A stretch of 64,000 bases of DNA from Camelus ferus (lineage: Eukaryota), in the NCBI RefSeq assembly GCF_009834535.1, contig NC_045698.1, positions 12,092,001-12,156,000 of the forward strand, read 5' to 3'. Below the pieces are notes generated by a model. The model had not been told where the DNA came from and made no database searches. It saw nothing but the letters and a program-made list of their open reading frames with translations. The position numbers were made by a program, and so were the translations under genes. Positions within the stretch are counted from its first letter, which is position 1, and each line of letters opens with the position of its first letter. Below, piece after piece: positions 26,068 to 36,213 of this stretch.

Positions 26068-26270
26068 AGCACTGTGCTATCAAATACAGTAGCCACTAAC
26101 TACATGTAGCTGTTTAAACTGAAGTTTAAATTCAATAAAATTAAAAATACAGTTCCTGAGTCACACTAGCCTCACCTCATAAGCTCAAGAGCCGCGACAG
26201 GCTAGTTGTTACCACACCAGACAGCACACACGTGCAGTGTTTCCATCACTGCAAGCATCCTATTGAACAG
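26068..26270. mobile_element. MER3/MER33-like hAT-Charlie element, inserted in a MIR
   Basis: 'tagccactaactacatgtagctgtttaaact..aataaaattaaaaatacagttcc..agtcacactagcc..ttccatcactgcaa..ctattgaacag'; MIR-like halves on both sides. Confidence 0.65.
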
Positions 26271-26479
26271 GTCAGAGTCATCTTTGATAATTCATTTAAC
26301 TTCTATGGGACTGTTTCCTCTTGTGTTCAAAGGGAACACCTGCCTCACTGGCTGCTGTAAGATTTAAATGAGGTGCCAAATGCCAACATCCTTAATAATT
26401 TTAGTAGTTACAGTTTGACTAAACCTGCATATACAGTTATATACACAGGTATAGTTTAATGAAGGTAGCAATCATTAAC

Positions 26480-26925
26480 AGTAGTGGCTGCCAAAGGAGT
26501 TACTATCAAGAATACAGAAATTCTACGTCAGGCCATGTGAATAGAAGGATGCAGTCCAGGACGACAGGGCAAACACACTCTGGTCAGACCATCTCATAAG
26601 GCTGCATTCGAGGAGGAATAAAGATAAACTGAAGCATGTCCAGAAGAGTCCGGAAAATGGTGAGTGGAGGGAGCCCAGAACTTCTCAGCCGGGGACAAGA
26701 AGACTCAGTAAAAATGGGGACAGAACGAATCTTGAAACAGACAAAGGATCATCCTATGGAGGGAGCCCAGATCTTGGGCAGCTGCACAGACAACCAAAAG
26801 GTGTGCTTAAGTCAGTGCAAGGAAAATATTCACTAGTCAGGGTTGTCCAGCAATGGGAAGGCTGCCTTCTGGAGAGGAGAGCTCGTGATCACAGAAAGTG
26901 CTCAAACGCAGCAGTTCTCAAATTT
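26480..26925 (+). mobile_element. L3/CR1 LINE 3' fragment
   Basis: 'ctctggtcagaccatc', 'ataaactgaagcatgtccagaagag' and 'cagcaatgggaaggctgcct' are CR1 3'-end motifs. Confidence 0.55.
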
Positions 26926-26928
26926 GAG

Positions 26929-27070
26929 TCACCTGGGGAGTTGGAGAAAATTCAGATGTTGAGCCCACACCTCTAGGGATTCTTGTAGGTGGAGGGTGGA
27001 GGGTGGAGCCCACCAACAAGCACCCAGGTGCTGGCCGTGATGAGACCGCTCTTTGCGGGGCGCTGCGCTA
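26929..27070. mobile_element. MER5A-like fragment
   Basis: 'cagcagttctcaaatttgagtcacctggggagttgg..aaaattcagatgttgagcccacacctctagggattc'. Confidence 0.55.
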
Positions 27071-28647
27071 AAGCAAGCTGGCCGAACCCATCAGCGATGC
27101 AGAGAAGGGGCTCTGGACACCAAGCGGGAGCCGGGCCCTGCAGCTTTCTAAACCCACTCTAGCGGACCCCCAGTGGGTCCAGGGCATTCCAGACTGCGTG
27201 AGTGCCCAGCCTGGGACACAGCAAAAGCCACAAAGCCCACGGTCTCCCGCCAGGCAGGCCCCTGTGTCACCATCTCGGGCGAATCACTTCCTGGCAGTTG
27301 AACTCTTTACACGAATGGAAAGAAGGCAGCGTCCTCACGCAGCACCAGGTGCTCCGAGGAGAAAGGCCTGCTCTCCGACTGTGGGTTCAAAACTAAAGCA
27401 CATCAGAGCAGCCACCTAGGCCGCAGAGCAGGGTGCACTGGGAGGGCGGTGGCGGCATGCAGCATTCAGCTTCAGTACTGTGACCAGCAAGGAGACTAAG
27501 AAGAGGGACATTCTCGTCCAGGCCCTCATCTCCAGGGCCACTGCCACGTGGCCATACAAAGCACGGCCAGAGCTGGCCACCCTGCTCACCAAAACCAGAC
27601 ACCGCACACTAAGACTTCTGCCTGAATTTTTGCAGTAGCTTCATTTATCATGGCCAACCCTGAAAACAACCCGAAAAAAAACAACTGTAAACGAGTAAAC
27701 CAATTGTGGTTGATCCCCAGAGCGGTGGACCAGTCAACAACAAAGAGAAACAAAGAACCGATGTGCCCAGCGGGGGTGAGTCCCAAAGCCTTACGCCGGG
27801 AAAGCAGAGCCAGGCACAGAAGACACCATGTTATACGGTCTCACTAATATGAGACTTTAAGGAAGACAAATCTAATCTATAGTGACGGGAAACACATCAA
27901 ACCCGGGGCGGGGTCGGGGGCTGACAGGAAAGGGACTCAAAGAAATCTCTAGGAGTGATGGAATGTTCTAGATCTTGACTGTCTTTGTGGTTACATGGGT
28001 GTTTGCACTTGACTGCTCACTCAAGAGTGTGTACATATTATTGACTGCAAGGAGTTAGTTCTTTAAAAACAAAAGCAAATGGGCATTTTCTGTTTCATTG
28101 GGTTCGTTCTATTTGATGATGCGCTTAGAACTGGTGTCACTGGTTGCGTCTGGGAGGAAGCGGGCAGCCAGGGACAGGCGTGGGGCAGAGACCTCCGGAC
28201 TGATTTCCTCTTTATACTTTTAAACTTTTGAACCGTGACTCGGTATCAGCCATTTGTTTTAAATAAATAAAATTCAAAATTAAGAAAAACAATTTCAAAC
28301 ATGTCCCTTATTGGTAAAAGGAGAGAGACCCAGCCCTAAGACTACAAGACTGTTGCCCACATCTACTCCAGGCTGTGGAAACCCTGCTTCTTGAGAAAGG
28401 CGCTCCATGGTCTATATTTTATCAAACTCCTCTGGGCTCTAAGTGAACACCGTTTTTTAAAGTATTATTATTTTAGTATTTTTCATAAAATACATCCAAG
28501 AATGTACACACATGCATAGTTTTTAAATAATTATAACTTGAACACCACATAACCACCACCACCCAAGTCAAAAAACAGAACACTGAACACCAGAACCTTC
28601 CACGTGCCCTCTGTGATCTTCTCACTCTTCACAGAGATAACCACTCT

Positions 28648-28764
28648 TTTTCTTTTTTTTTAAACTGGGGCTCAATATTCATTTATAACTTTTCTTTAAT
28701 CTTTTTTCTGTATACATATATATTTTTTATTGAAGTATAGTCAGTTTACAATGTTGTGTCAAAG
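28648..28764 (-). mobile_element. Very short L1 3' tip plus putative 3'-transduced sequence, bounded by TSD
   Basis: L1 terminal ~40 nt at 28723-28762, ~60 nt non-L1 sequence, second poly-A 28648-28661; 12-bp TSD gataaccactct at 28636-28647 and 28765-28776. Confidence 0.75.
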
Positions 28765-30129
28765 GATAACCACTCTCTTGATTTTACAGATAAGAGTGTC
28801 TTTCTTATCTCCTGTCTACAAATCCCTAATTAATACTGTTTAGTTTTGTACATTTAAAAACTTTCAAAAATCCAAATCATTCCGCATATGTTATTATGTG
28901 CTTTCTCTGCCCCAAATCACATTTGTAAAATTCATCTGTGCTATTGAGTACAACTGTAGTTTAGTTGCATTGTTATATGTTATTTTATGATGGGGAACAA
29001 ATGTACCACAATTTACTTGCCTAATAAAATATTCATGGATGTTTTTACAAAACATTTTTGGGTCCCACTGCCTATAGATAAAACAGGTCCAAATACAAAG
29101 CATGACATTCGAGGCAACCACTGCCCCCAGATGTCCTCCAGAACACCCACCACTCTCAACTCCCCGACTTCCTGCCACCAACTCACGCGGCATTGCATCA
29201 GTTAAATACATTGGATGAAATATTAAGTACAATTTCCTTAGGACTAGAATGCTGCTGACCATATGCTAGATCTACCCGGATCATTCCTGTCCATCAAATC
29301 TGATTCAAATGTGATCTCCCCATGAAGACCCCACAGTCTCTTCAATCCACGATGCCACCCCTCCCCCCAAACTGCAGCAAAACAAATGATTTTTTCTCTG
29401 ACTTCTATCACACTTGCTCCATTCAGCCTCGAGTTATACCCATTTGTCACAGCCATGTCTCAGGTTTTGCCCTTTCAGTGCACAGCACTAAAATCTTGCA
29501 GGTAATGGGCAGGTAATAAATGTTAGAGCTTTTGAACTCAAACTCAAAATCCTGAAAACATCTGCTGGTACCAGGTACTAAATCAAGCAAAAATGGGCAT
29601 TTGAAAAGTTAATTTCCACAAAAATGAAATAACATCAAGGAAAGTGCAAACGTCGTCACTACTGCTTACAAGATTTGGGCTCCTCGTGTTTCTAACATTG
29701 ATCTTTTTGTTTTTCTCATAAACATTACAGAGCTTAAGAGTTCCTGGGACACAAAATGTTAAGAGTGTCACATAATTTAAGATTGCTTGATAAGAAGTAC
29801 CCTATTTAGAGAAAAAAGTCCTTGAAAAGCATTTTAACCTCAGAAGCAACAACAGGGAGAAACTACAACATTTTAGTGAAATTAATAAATAGGTCAGAAA
29901 TCCCAATTAACAAGTACTTCAAATTTAAAAAGCAGGACTATTATCTTTCTGTCAAAGAAAATACATGCATGGAATGTAGATCCTCCAAACAAGAGAAGAA
30001 ATAAAACAGATTGGATTGAATGCCTGGCCATTGTTTGCCTCCCCATCAGACTTATTTACAAAAATGGATGGAAGACATCACTCCCAAATAATATCAAATA
30101 TGCCTTTCGATTATTTTATGTAAAAATCT

Positions 30130-30930
30130 TCCTTTTCAAAAGATGTTGTTAAGAATACATCATACAAAAAATGCTTGCAACTCATATTACAGAAATGAGG
30201 CTAAAGTTAATATGAAAAGAGCTCCTACATATCAATAGGAAAAAGTCCAATGGCTCAACTAAAAATACGGACCCAAATTGTTTGTAAACTGACAATGCAA
30301 AGAAAAGATAATTATAATGGCTCTTGAACATAAGGAAAAATGCTCAATCTCAGAGAAATGCAAATTAAAACCGTACTGTGATACCTTTTTCACCTGTCAG
30401 ATTTGCAAATTAAAAAGTTTGATAAAGATGCTGTTGGCAAGGATATACAGAGAAACAGGCAGACTTAGAAGTGCACATCCTCTCTGACCCAACAATTCCA
30501 CTTCTGGGAATTCATCCTACAGAACGCTTGTTCATATGCAGAATAATGCACGTTCTGGCCATTAGCTATAACACTGTAACAGCCAAAGTTGGGAAACAAA
30601 CAGTCCATCAGTAGAAGACAGGTTAATTGGTGACATCCATACAATGGAATTCTATGCAGCTGAAAAAGAATAAGGAAGTGCTCCCCAAACTACACTACGA
30701 AGAAAAACAATCCTTAGAGTATTCCACAATTTGCACAGAATAGTGTGTATTTGCTGAAATATGTACTATCTGGAAAGATACACAAGAGACTGGTAACACT
30801 GGTTGCTTTCTGGGAGGAAACTGAGACAGGCCTGGGAAAGAGATTTACAAAGTGTTTATTCTTCTGTACCTTTAAACGTTTGAACTGTGAGGCTGCTATT
30901 TTTAATAAGTAAAATTTAAAATTAAGAGAA
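30130..30930 (+). mobile_element. Old L1M (L1ME-type) 3' region
   Basis: 'aaaaatgctcaatctcagagaaatgcaaattaaaac', 'gacccaacaattccacttctgggaatt', 'catacaatggaattctatgcagc'. Confidence 0.75.
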
Positions 30931-32166
30931 TTTTAAGAACATGTCCCTCACTGGTAAATGAGGGAGACCAAGCCCTAAGACTATTGGACTGTTGCCCCAT
31001 CTAACATCATATACTGTACCCTCCTTGCTTGAGTGCTCGCTGTAACTTCCTAATAGGTTAGAGAAATATGGAATAAACTCTAGAAACACTGATAGCTAAG
31101 ATTCCCGAAGTAAAGTTAATTCATATTCAGGGGCCCTGATAAGAAACAGCCCATTTCAAGAGAAGACCAAGACTAGCACAGATCTGCAGAAAAACCTCCA
31201 GGTTAAAGGAGCTGACCTAGAAAGCAGCAGGCTGTGGATGTGTCGTCAGGTTCTTTCCTAACTTTAAGGCTAAGAAATCTATGTCCTGTTAACAAGGCCT
31301 CCGTTGCTGAAGCTCTGCTTATTCGGCTGTGTGTGCGTGTCATGCTTGTTAGGAGGACACAGTTGCAAACAAAGAAGGCTTTGCTCCACCCTCCATCAGG
31401 CTGGTAACAGATGACAGGGCACACAGCCTTCCATGAAGGCGCCAGACACTTTCTCTGACTTTAGGGGTGAAGGGAGCTTTTCGAAGAGAAAAATTTGTGG
31501 ATCAGGGACTTTTCAGAGAATGTCCCTGTGTATTCTCTCTGCTCTTCACCTAAAAAGACGACTGGTTTCCACACTGTACACACCTTGGGGGCGGGGTGAT
31601 GGACAGAATCCACCTGTTTGCCTCCTGTTTTCTCATCAGGGAGTAATGACAGTAAACCCAACCCTCCAGGGAATGGAAAAACAAATCGTTCATTGCCCAT
31701 CTCAGGTCGCTGATGGAGAAGGCTCAGTCTCCAGCGTGTACCTAAGCTGGTCCAGATATGCCGGCTCTGGTTGCAAGAACGCATACAAGTTCAAGTGTAT
31801 TTGGTCCCGCTGATTTTGGGTGAGCGGGTCAAGACCTGAATGTTTCAGAAAGCAAAGGCCAAGTGCACTCTGGGCACACCTGTCGGCCCAGGTGCAGGCC
31901 AGTCAGCCGGTCACCTAGCCTTAGAGACGAGATACACACACACAGGATGACAAATGTTTACAGAGAAGTGCATCTGGAGGAAAGTTGAAGTGTGTGTCTA
32001 CCTGTTTGAGAAAGGTGGCCGAGAAAGAGGGCCAGGGCTGAGACCTTCCTCCGCAGGGTCCGGCGTGCATCCCCCGGGCCGCCCCGGCACCCCCTCTGCC
32101 CGCCCCCGGGCGCCCCAAGGTCACCTGCCCTCCCCCCGGGCATCCCCACCCACCCCGAGCTCTCAC

Positions 32167-32480
32167 CAGAACAGCATGTTGGCCCCGACGAAGGCGAGCA
32201 GGCTGCGCAGCGGCCTCTTCCAGCTCAGGAGCTCGTCGGCGCGGCAGCCCAGCCACAGCACGGGCTCCCCCAGCAGCCAGGTCACCGCGGCGGCCACCCC
32301 GCCGGCGGCCTCGTCCACCTGCCGGCCTGCACCCGCCGCCGCCGCCGCCGCCGCGCCTTCCTCCTGCGCTTCCTGCAGCTGCTCCTCAGAGGGAGCCCCG
32401 GGCGGCGGCGGCGCCTGCTCCGCGGCTGCGGCAGCCGGGCATCCCTGCTCGGCGTGCTCCGGGGGCGCCGGGCTCGCCAT
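32167..32480 (-). CDS. RETREG1: Reticulophagy regulator 1 (FAM134B), first coding exon (long isoform)
   Basis: [15 protein letters not shown]...[39 protein letters not shown] matches the FAM134B N-terminus; strong Kozak gaagATGG; phase-2 donor TG|GTGAGA at 32166; lies in a CpG island downstream of MYO10, as in other mammals. Confidence 0.97.
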
Positions 32481-32621
32481 CTTCAGCGGCGCTGGCGGGC
32501 GGGGACGGGCGCGGGGACGGGCACAGGCACGCGCGCGGGCGCGCCTGGGTGTCGGCGGCGAGAGGGCGGCGGGTCCCGGCGCGGGGCGCGCGGCGCGGGG
32601 CGCGGGCAGCCGGGTGCCTTG

Positions 32622-32629
32622 TGACGTCA
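32622..32629. promoter_or_regulatory. Full palindromic CRE (CREB/ATF site)
   Basis: TGACGTCA ~140 bp upstream of the RETREG1 ATG, inside the CpG island. Confidence 0.7.
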
Positions 32630-33475
32630 GCCCCCGCCGCGGCGGGGCGCCTCCCGGTGGAAGTGGGTGCGGCCAGGTTCGCGCCCGGCGGGGCGGGGCG
32701 GGGCGGGCGGCCTCCCCCGCGCCGGAGAGCGGTGGCCTCGCCCGGGACCGGGGGATGCCTGACCCCCTTTCCCCTTACAGCTGCGGGGGGCGGCGCAGTA
32801 GAGGACCGCCGCCCGCCGGCCCGGTCGCTCATCTTAAAGTGCAGAAGCACTTGGACATCCTCGCCTCTCGAGCCAGGGCCACTGATCGCCCATCCTGCGG
32901 CCTGAAAGGGCGCGGCGGGGCGCCCCTTACTGGCGGCGCGTTTCAGGCCCCGGCGACACCCCCCAGGCCCCAGGCCCTTGCAGGGACAGTCTGCACACCC
33001 ACCGAAGAGGTCTTCAGTGCTCTGGGAATAATAGCGTGATGATACAATGGTTGGACTGAGAAAGGAAGACAAAAACATTTGGGGTCAATGCAGGAGCGTC
33101 TAGCTCTCTCGTTTTACACGTCAGGAAACGCCAGGCCGCAGCGAGGGGGGGCAGGCGCTTCCTCTCGCCAAGGCGTCTGGCCCCCAAGTGCGCGCTGGTC
33201 TCCCCGCAAGGGAGCGGGGAGCGGAGAAGCAGAACCCCTGCGTGTCACGCAGGTTTGACCAGGTTTGACCAGCCTTGACTGCAAACACTTCAGAGTCACT
33301 GTGGTCTCCGTGTCACAGTGGGCTTCAGGACAGGGTCAGGCGCTGTGAGGTGGGGTGACGGGAAATCCTGGGACCTGCCACACGGCTTCACTGGCCCAGG
33401 TGCTTCTGGGTGAGGGGGTGGGTCGGTGGAGAAGAGGGGCCAAAGCTATGCTCACTTTTCACTATTTGCATTTTT

Positions 33476-33536
33476 TTTGTATATATATATTTTCTACTGA
33501 AGTATAGTCAGCTTACAGTGTTGTGTCAATTTCTGG
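33476..33536 (-). mobile_element. ~60-bp L1 3' tip with TSD
   Basis: 'tactgaagtatagtcagcttacagtgttgtgtcaatttctgg'; flanking direct repeat tcactatttgcattttt at 33459-33475 and 33537-33553. Confidence 0.85.
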
Positions 33537-36162
33537 TCACTATTTGCATTTTTAAAAATATTATATTCTTTAATCCCCATTCTTACTTTTTTCTAGAATA
33601 AAATGCCCCCCCCTTTTTTTTCCCCTAGACTAAAATGTCCTTTCCCCTATCCAGAGCCTTCTACCTGTGATGAATCAGAGCATCTTGTATCCTCTTGGAG
33701 TTCACTAGGGCCAACCAACCTCCTTTTACTAGGTGGATGGGGCTCATTCCCAGAGCAATTAAAGCCAGTTACTTCCAGGGAGCCTCTGGACAATGTTCTC
33801 TAATGTTCAGCTGGGTGGTCCTTATATATGGTTATACCTTGGGGAACATATACATAGAAATTCATTGATTTGTACCTTGCAGGTGTGTGCACTTTACATG
33901 TGTTATACCTCAAGAGAGGATATTCCTGTTCCACTCAAAGGTTGCTTGAGCACCTACTGTGTGCCCCACACATTGCTAAGCTCTGTGGGTGTGGCTTCCA
34001 CCCACAGGATGCTCACAGTTCAGGGAGGGACCAGTGGTGGCTGTGATAACTACTGGGACGGAAACAGTCACTCAGAGCTAAGCTTCCTTACTTAAATCCT
34101 GCAAAATTAGGGGCGGAGTGAGGAAGTCAGGTTTCAGGGGTTTGAGGGAGTAGATGGCATCTGCACGAATTGTAAGGAGGAGGGAAGTTAAAAGGGGGTT
34201 GGGAAGAGGAGGCAATCATTTCTGTCAGGAGGGAGATGACCACAAGGGAGCGAAGTCGTGGACTTGCAGGTGGAGGGGCACGGTATATATATTTGCAGCA
34301 CATCACCCAGGCCTCGACTGATCCTCTAGTGGCAGGAAGTTTGGTGTTTGACCTGCAGGCAATGCAGATTCTCCCATGTCTGACTTGTTTTTGAGGAGAA
34401 TCATAACAGCCCGCCACAGTGGCCAGGGAGGCAATGAAAAACCATGTGGGAAAAATGCAGGTAGTTTTCCCACAAAAGAAACACTCTTTCCCCAGGTATT
34501 CTCCCACCTTGGCCCCAGTGCAGGAGCTTCTGAAAGATAAATGATGCTTTATTGCATAATCTGGCCTTTGTTTAGCACTGGATACAGCCCAAGGGGTGTG
34601 ATATTCTGAGACTGGTCATTGGACTCCACAGCTGGAGGGAAGAGTTGCAGGGCAGAGGCCATGAGGACCCTGATCACCACATTGTCCAAACCAGCATGGC
34701 TGTGCTTCCAGAAATGTGCAAGATCCTGCACGGTCCTCCTTCCCCCCAGTTCTGATTATTGTTGTCAGGATCTGTTGAAACAGCAAAAGCTGCTGACAAC
34801 CAGGACACAGAAAAGCTGAATTTCAGTTGCTATGTGTGGTTCACAGTACTTATTATCTCCATTTAATGACAAAGCTCCCCACTCACAGCTCTGTGAAATC
34901 TTCCTTTCTCTCTCAAAGTTACTATGGGAAAAAAATGATACACAAGACTGTTTTGCACAAAAAGCTTGACTAATTGCTCTAGTCGGTCTTTTTCACCTCT
35001 GATCTCTAATAATTACTAACAAATAATGTCACAGGAGTAGACGCTGGCCTAGACACATACATGGGAGCTACTGGGCGATTTTTCTTTAATTATCTCTGTG
35101 GTTCATGAATAATGTATACAGTGCTAAGGCTGTATGAAAATAATGCTAAGCAAGCTGAAGAGAAACCTTGTCCCCTGGTTTTCAACAACATGTCACATTT
35201 AAAACTCCCGTGGATAATCTTACCGGTTAAGATTCTCTTCTGAACTTTGCATCTCCATATCTTGGGAACAGAGTGCTTAACACTAATGAGCTAGATGATT
35301 TGAAAATACTGATCTGAGGAACACAAGAAAACTGGAAATGTGTCAGAGGACAAAAAGAGAAAGGGAAAGAGAAAACAGTTGTCCCCGCTGAATCTAAGTG
35401 ACAGATTAGAAAAATCCCAGCCAAAGAAAGCCAAAATACACAGAGGGACTCTTAAAAGAGGCCACGCACCTTTCTCTTCTGAAAGTAGCTAGAAAGCTTG
35501 TAATAGGAGAGAAAAACAATGAATAATTAAGCCCTACTCCAGGAGGTCACATGGGCGACACTAAGCTAAGCCTTAGAATGAGAGGGAAATGCCTATTTTT
35601 TCCCCTAAAATGTCTCATGTTAGACTCCTCCAGGAGGTCCTGAAGGGAAGAAGCACCGTCCACGTTGTATTGTACTCGTCCTGCAGATAATCATTGTGAA
35701 AGCTCTTCCGTCCTCCTACCTTATTATACCTTCTAGTCTGTGTTCTTATCTTTTCCGAATTTTTTGGTCACTGAGCCAAGATTGCCTAGAGAGTTCACTC
35801 TAAGCGGAGAGAAATAGGACCGTCCCACCACAACAGCAGTGACAGAAGACGTGGAGAGGAAGATGCTGGCCAGTGCCCGAGGCCCAGCTCACAGAAGGAA
35901 CTGGCTGTTTCTGTTTGGGGCTGACTGTTTGTTGTGCTTATAAGAATTGGAATATCCGAACCAGAATAGTCTGTGTTTCCCAAGCCTCCTGTAAGGGAGG
36001 TGCCTACTAGAGATGAACACCCAGGTGGTGGTCAGCCACCCACAGGTTTAGGTATCAGTCTGTTAAGAATACATAAAAGAGCTTTTTTAAATCTTCAGGA
36101 TGGTTCAGAGAACGGAGGTCACACCACAACAAGAGTATATCCTACCTACAGCCACACACATC

Positions 36163-36163
<1 letters not shown>

Positions 36164-36209
<46 letters not shown>
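36164..36209. repeat. (AC)23 microsatellite
   Basis: Read directly. Confidence 0.95.

Positions 36210-36213
<4 letters not shown>

Larger units (their letters stand above)
32040..33260. promoter_or_regulatory. CpG island / RETREG1 promoter
   Basis: Very high GC and CpG density around exon 1; tandem GGGGCGGGGC (Sp/KLF) boxes ~32689-32708; ETS-like GGAAGTG at 32659-32665; no TATA box seen. Confidence 0.92.

Noticed and set aside
1..32166. RETREG1 exon 2 (FLALTPWRVYHL..)
   Set aside because: Not found on the minus strand by eye; presumably beyond the left edge
31954..33039. 361-aa plus-strand ORF (and the 230-aa minus-strand ORF 32386-33078) over the CpG island
   Set aside because: Low-complexity Ala/Gly/Pro/Arg translation expected from stop-poor GC-rich DNA; partly the antisense shadow of RETREG1 exon 1; no recognisable domain
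34445..34474. Small hairpin tgtgggaaaa-N10-ttttcccaca
   Set aside because: Only 10-bp arms, at the end of what looks like an old LTR; not distinctive
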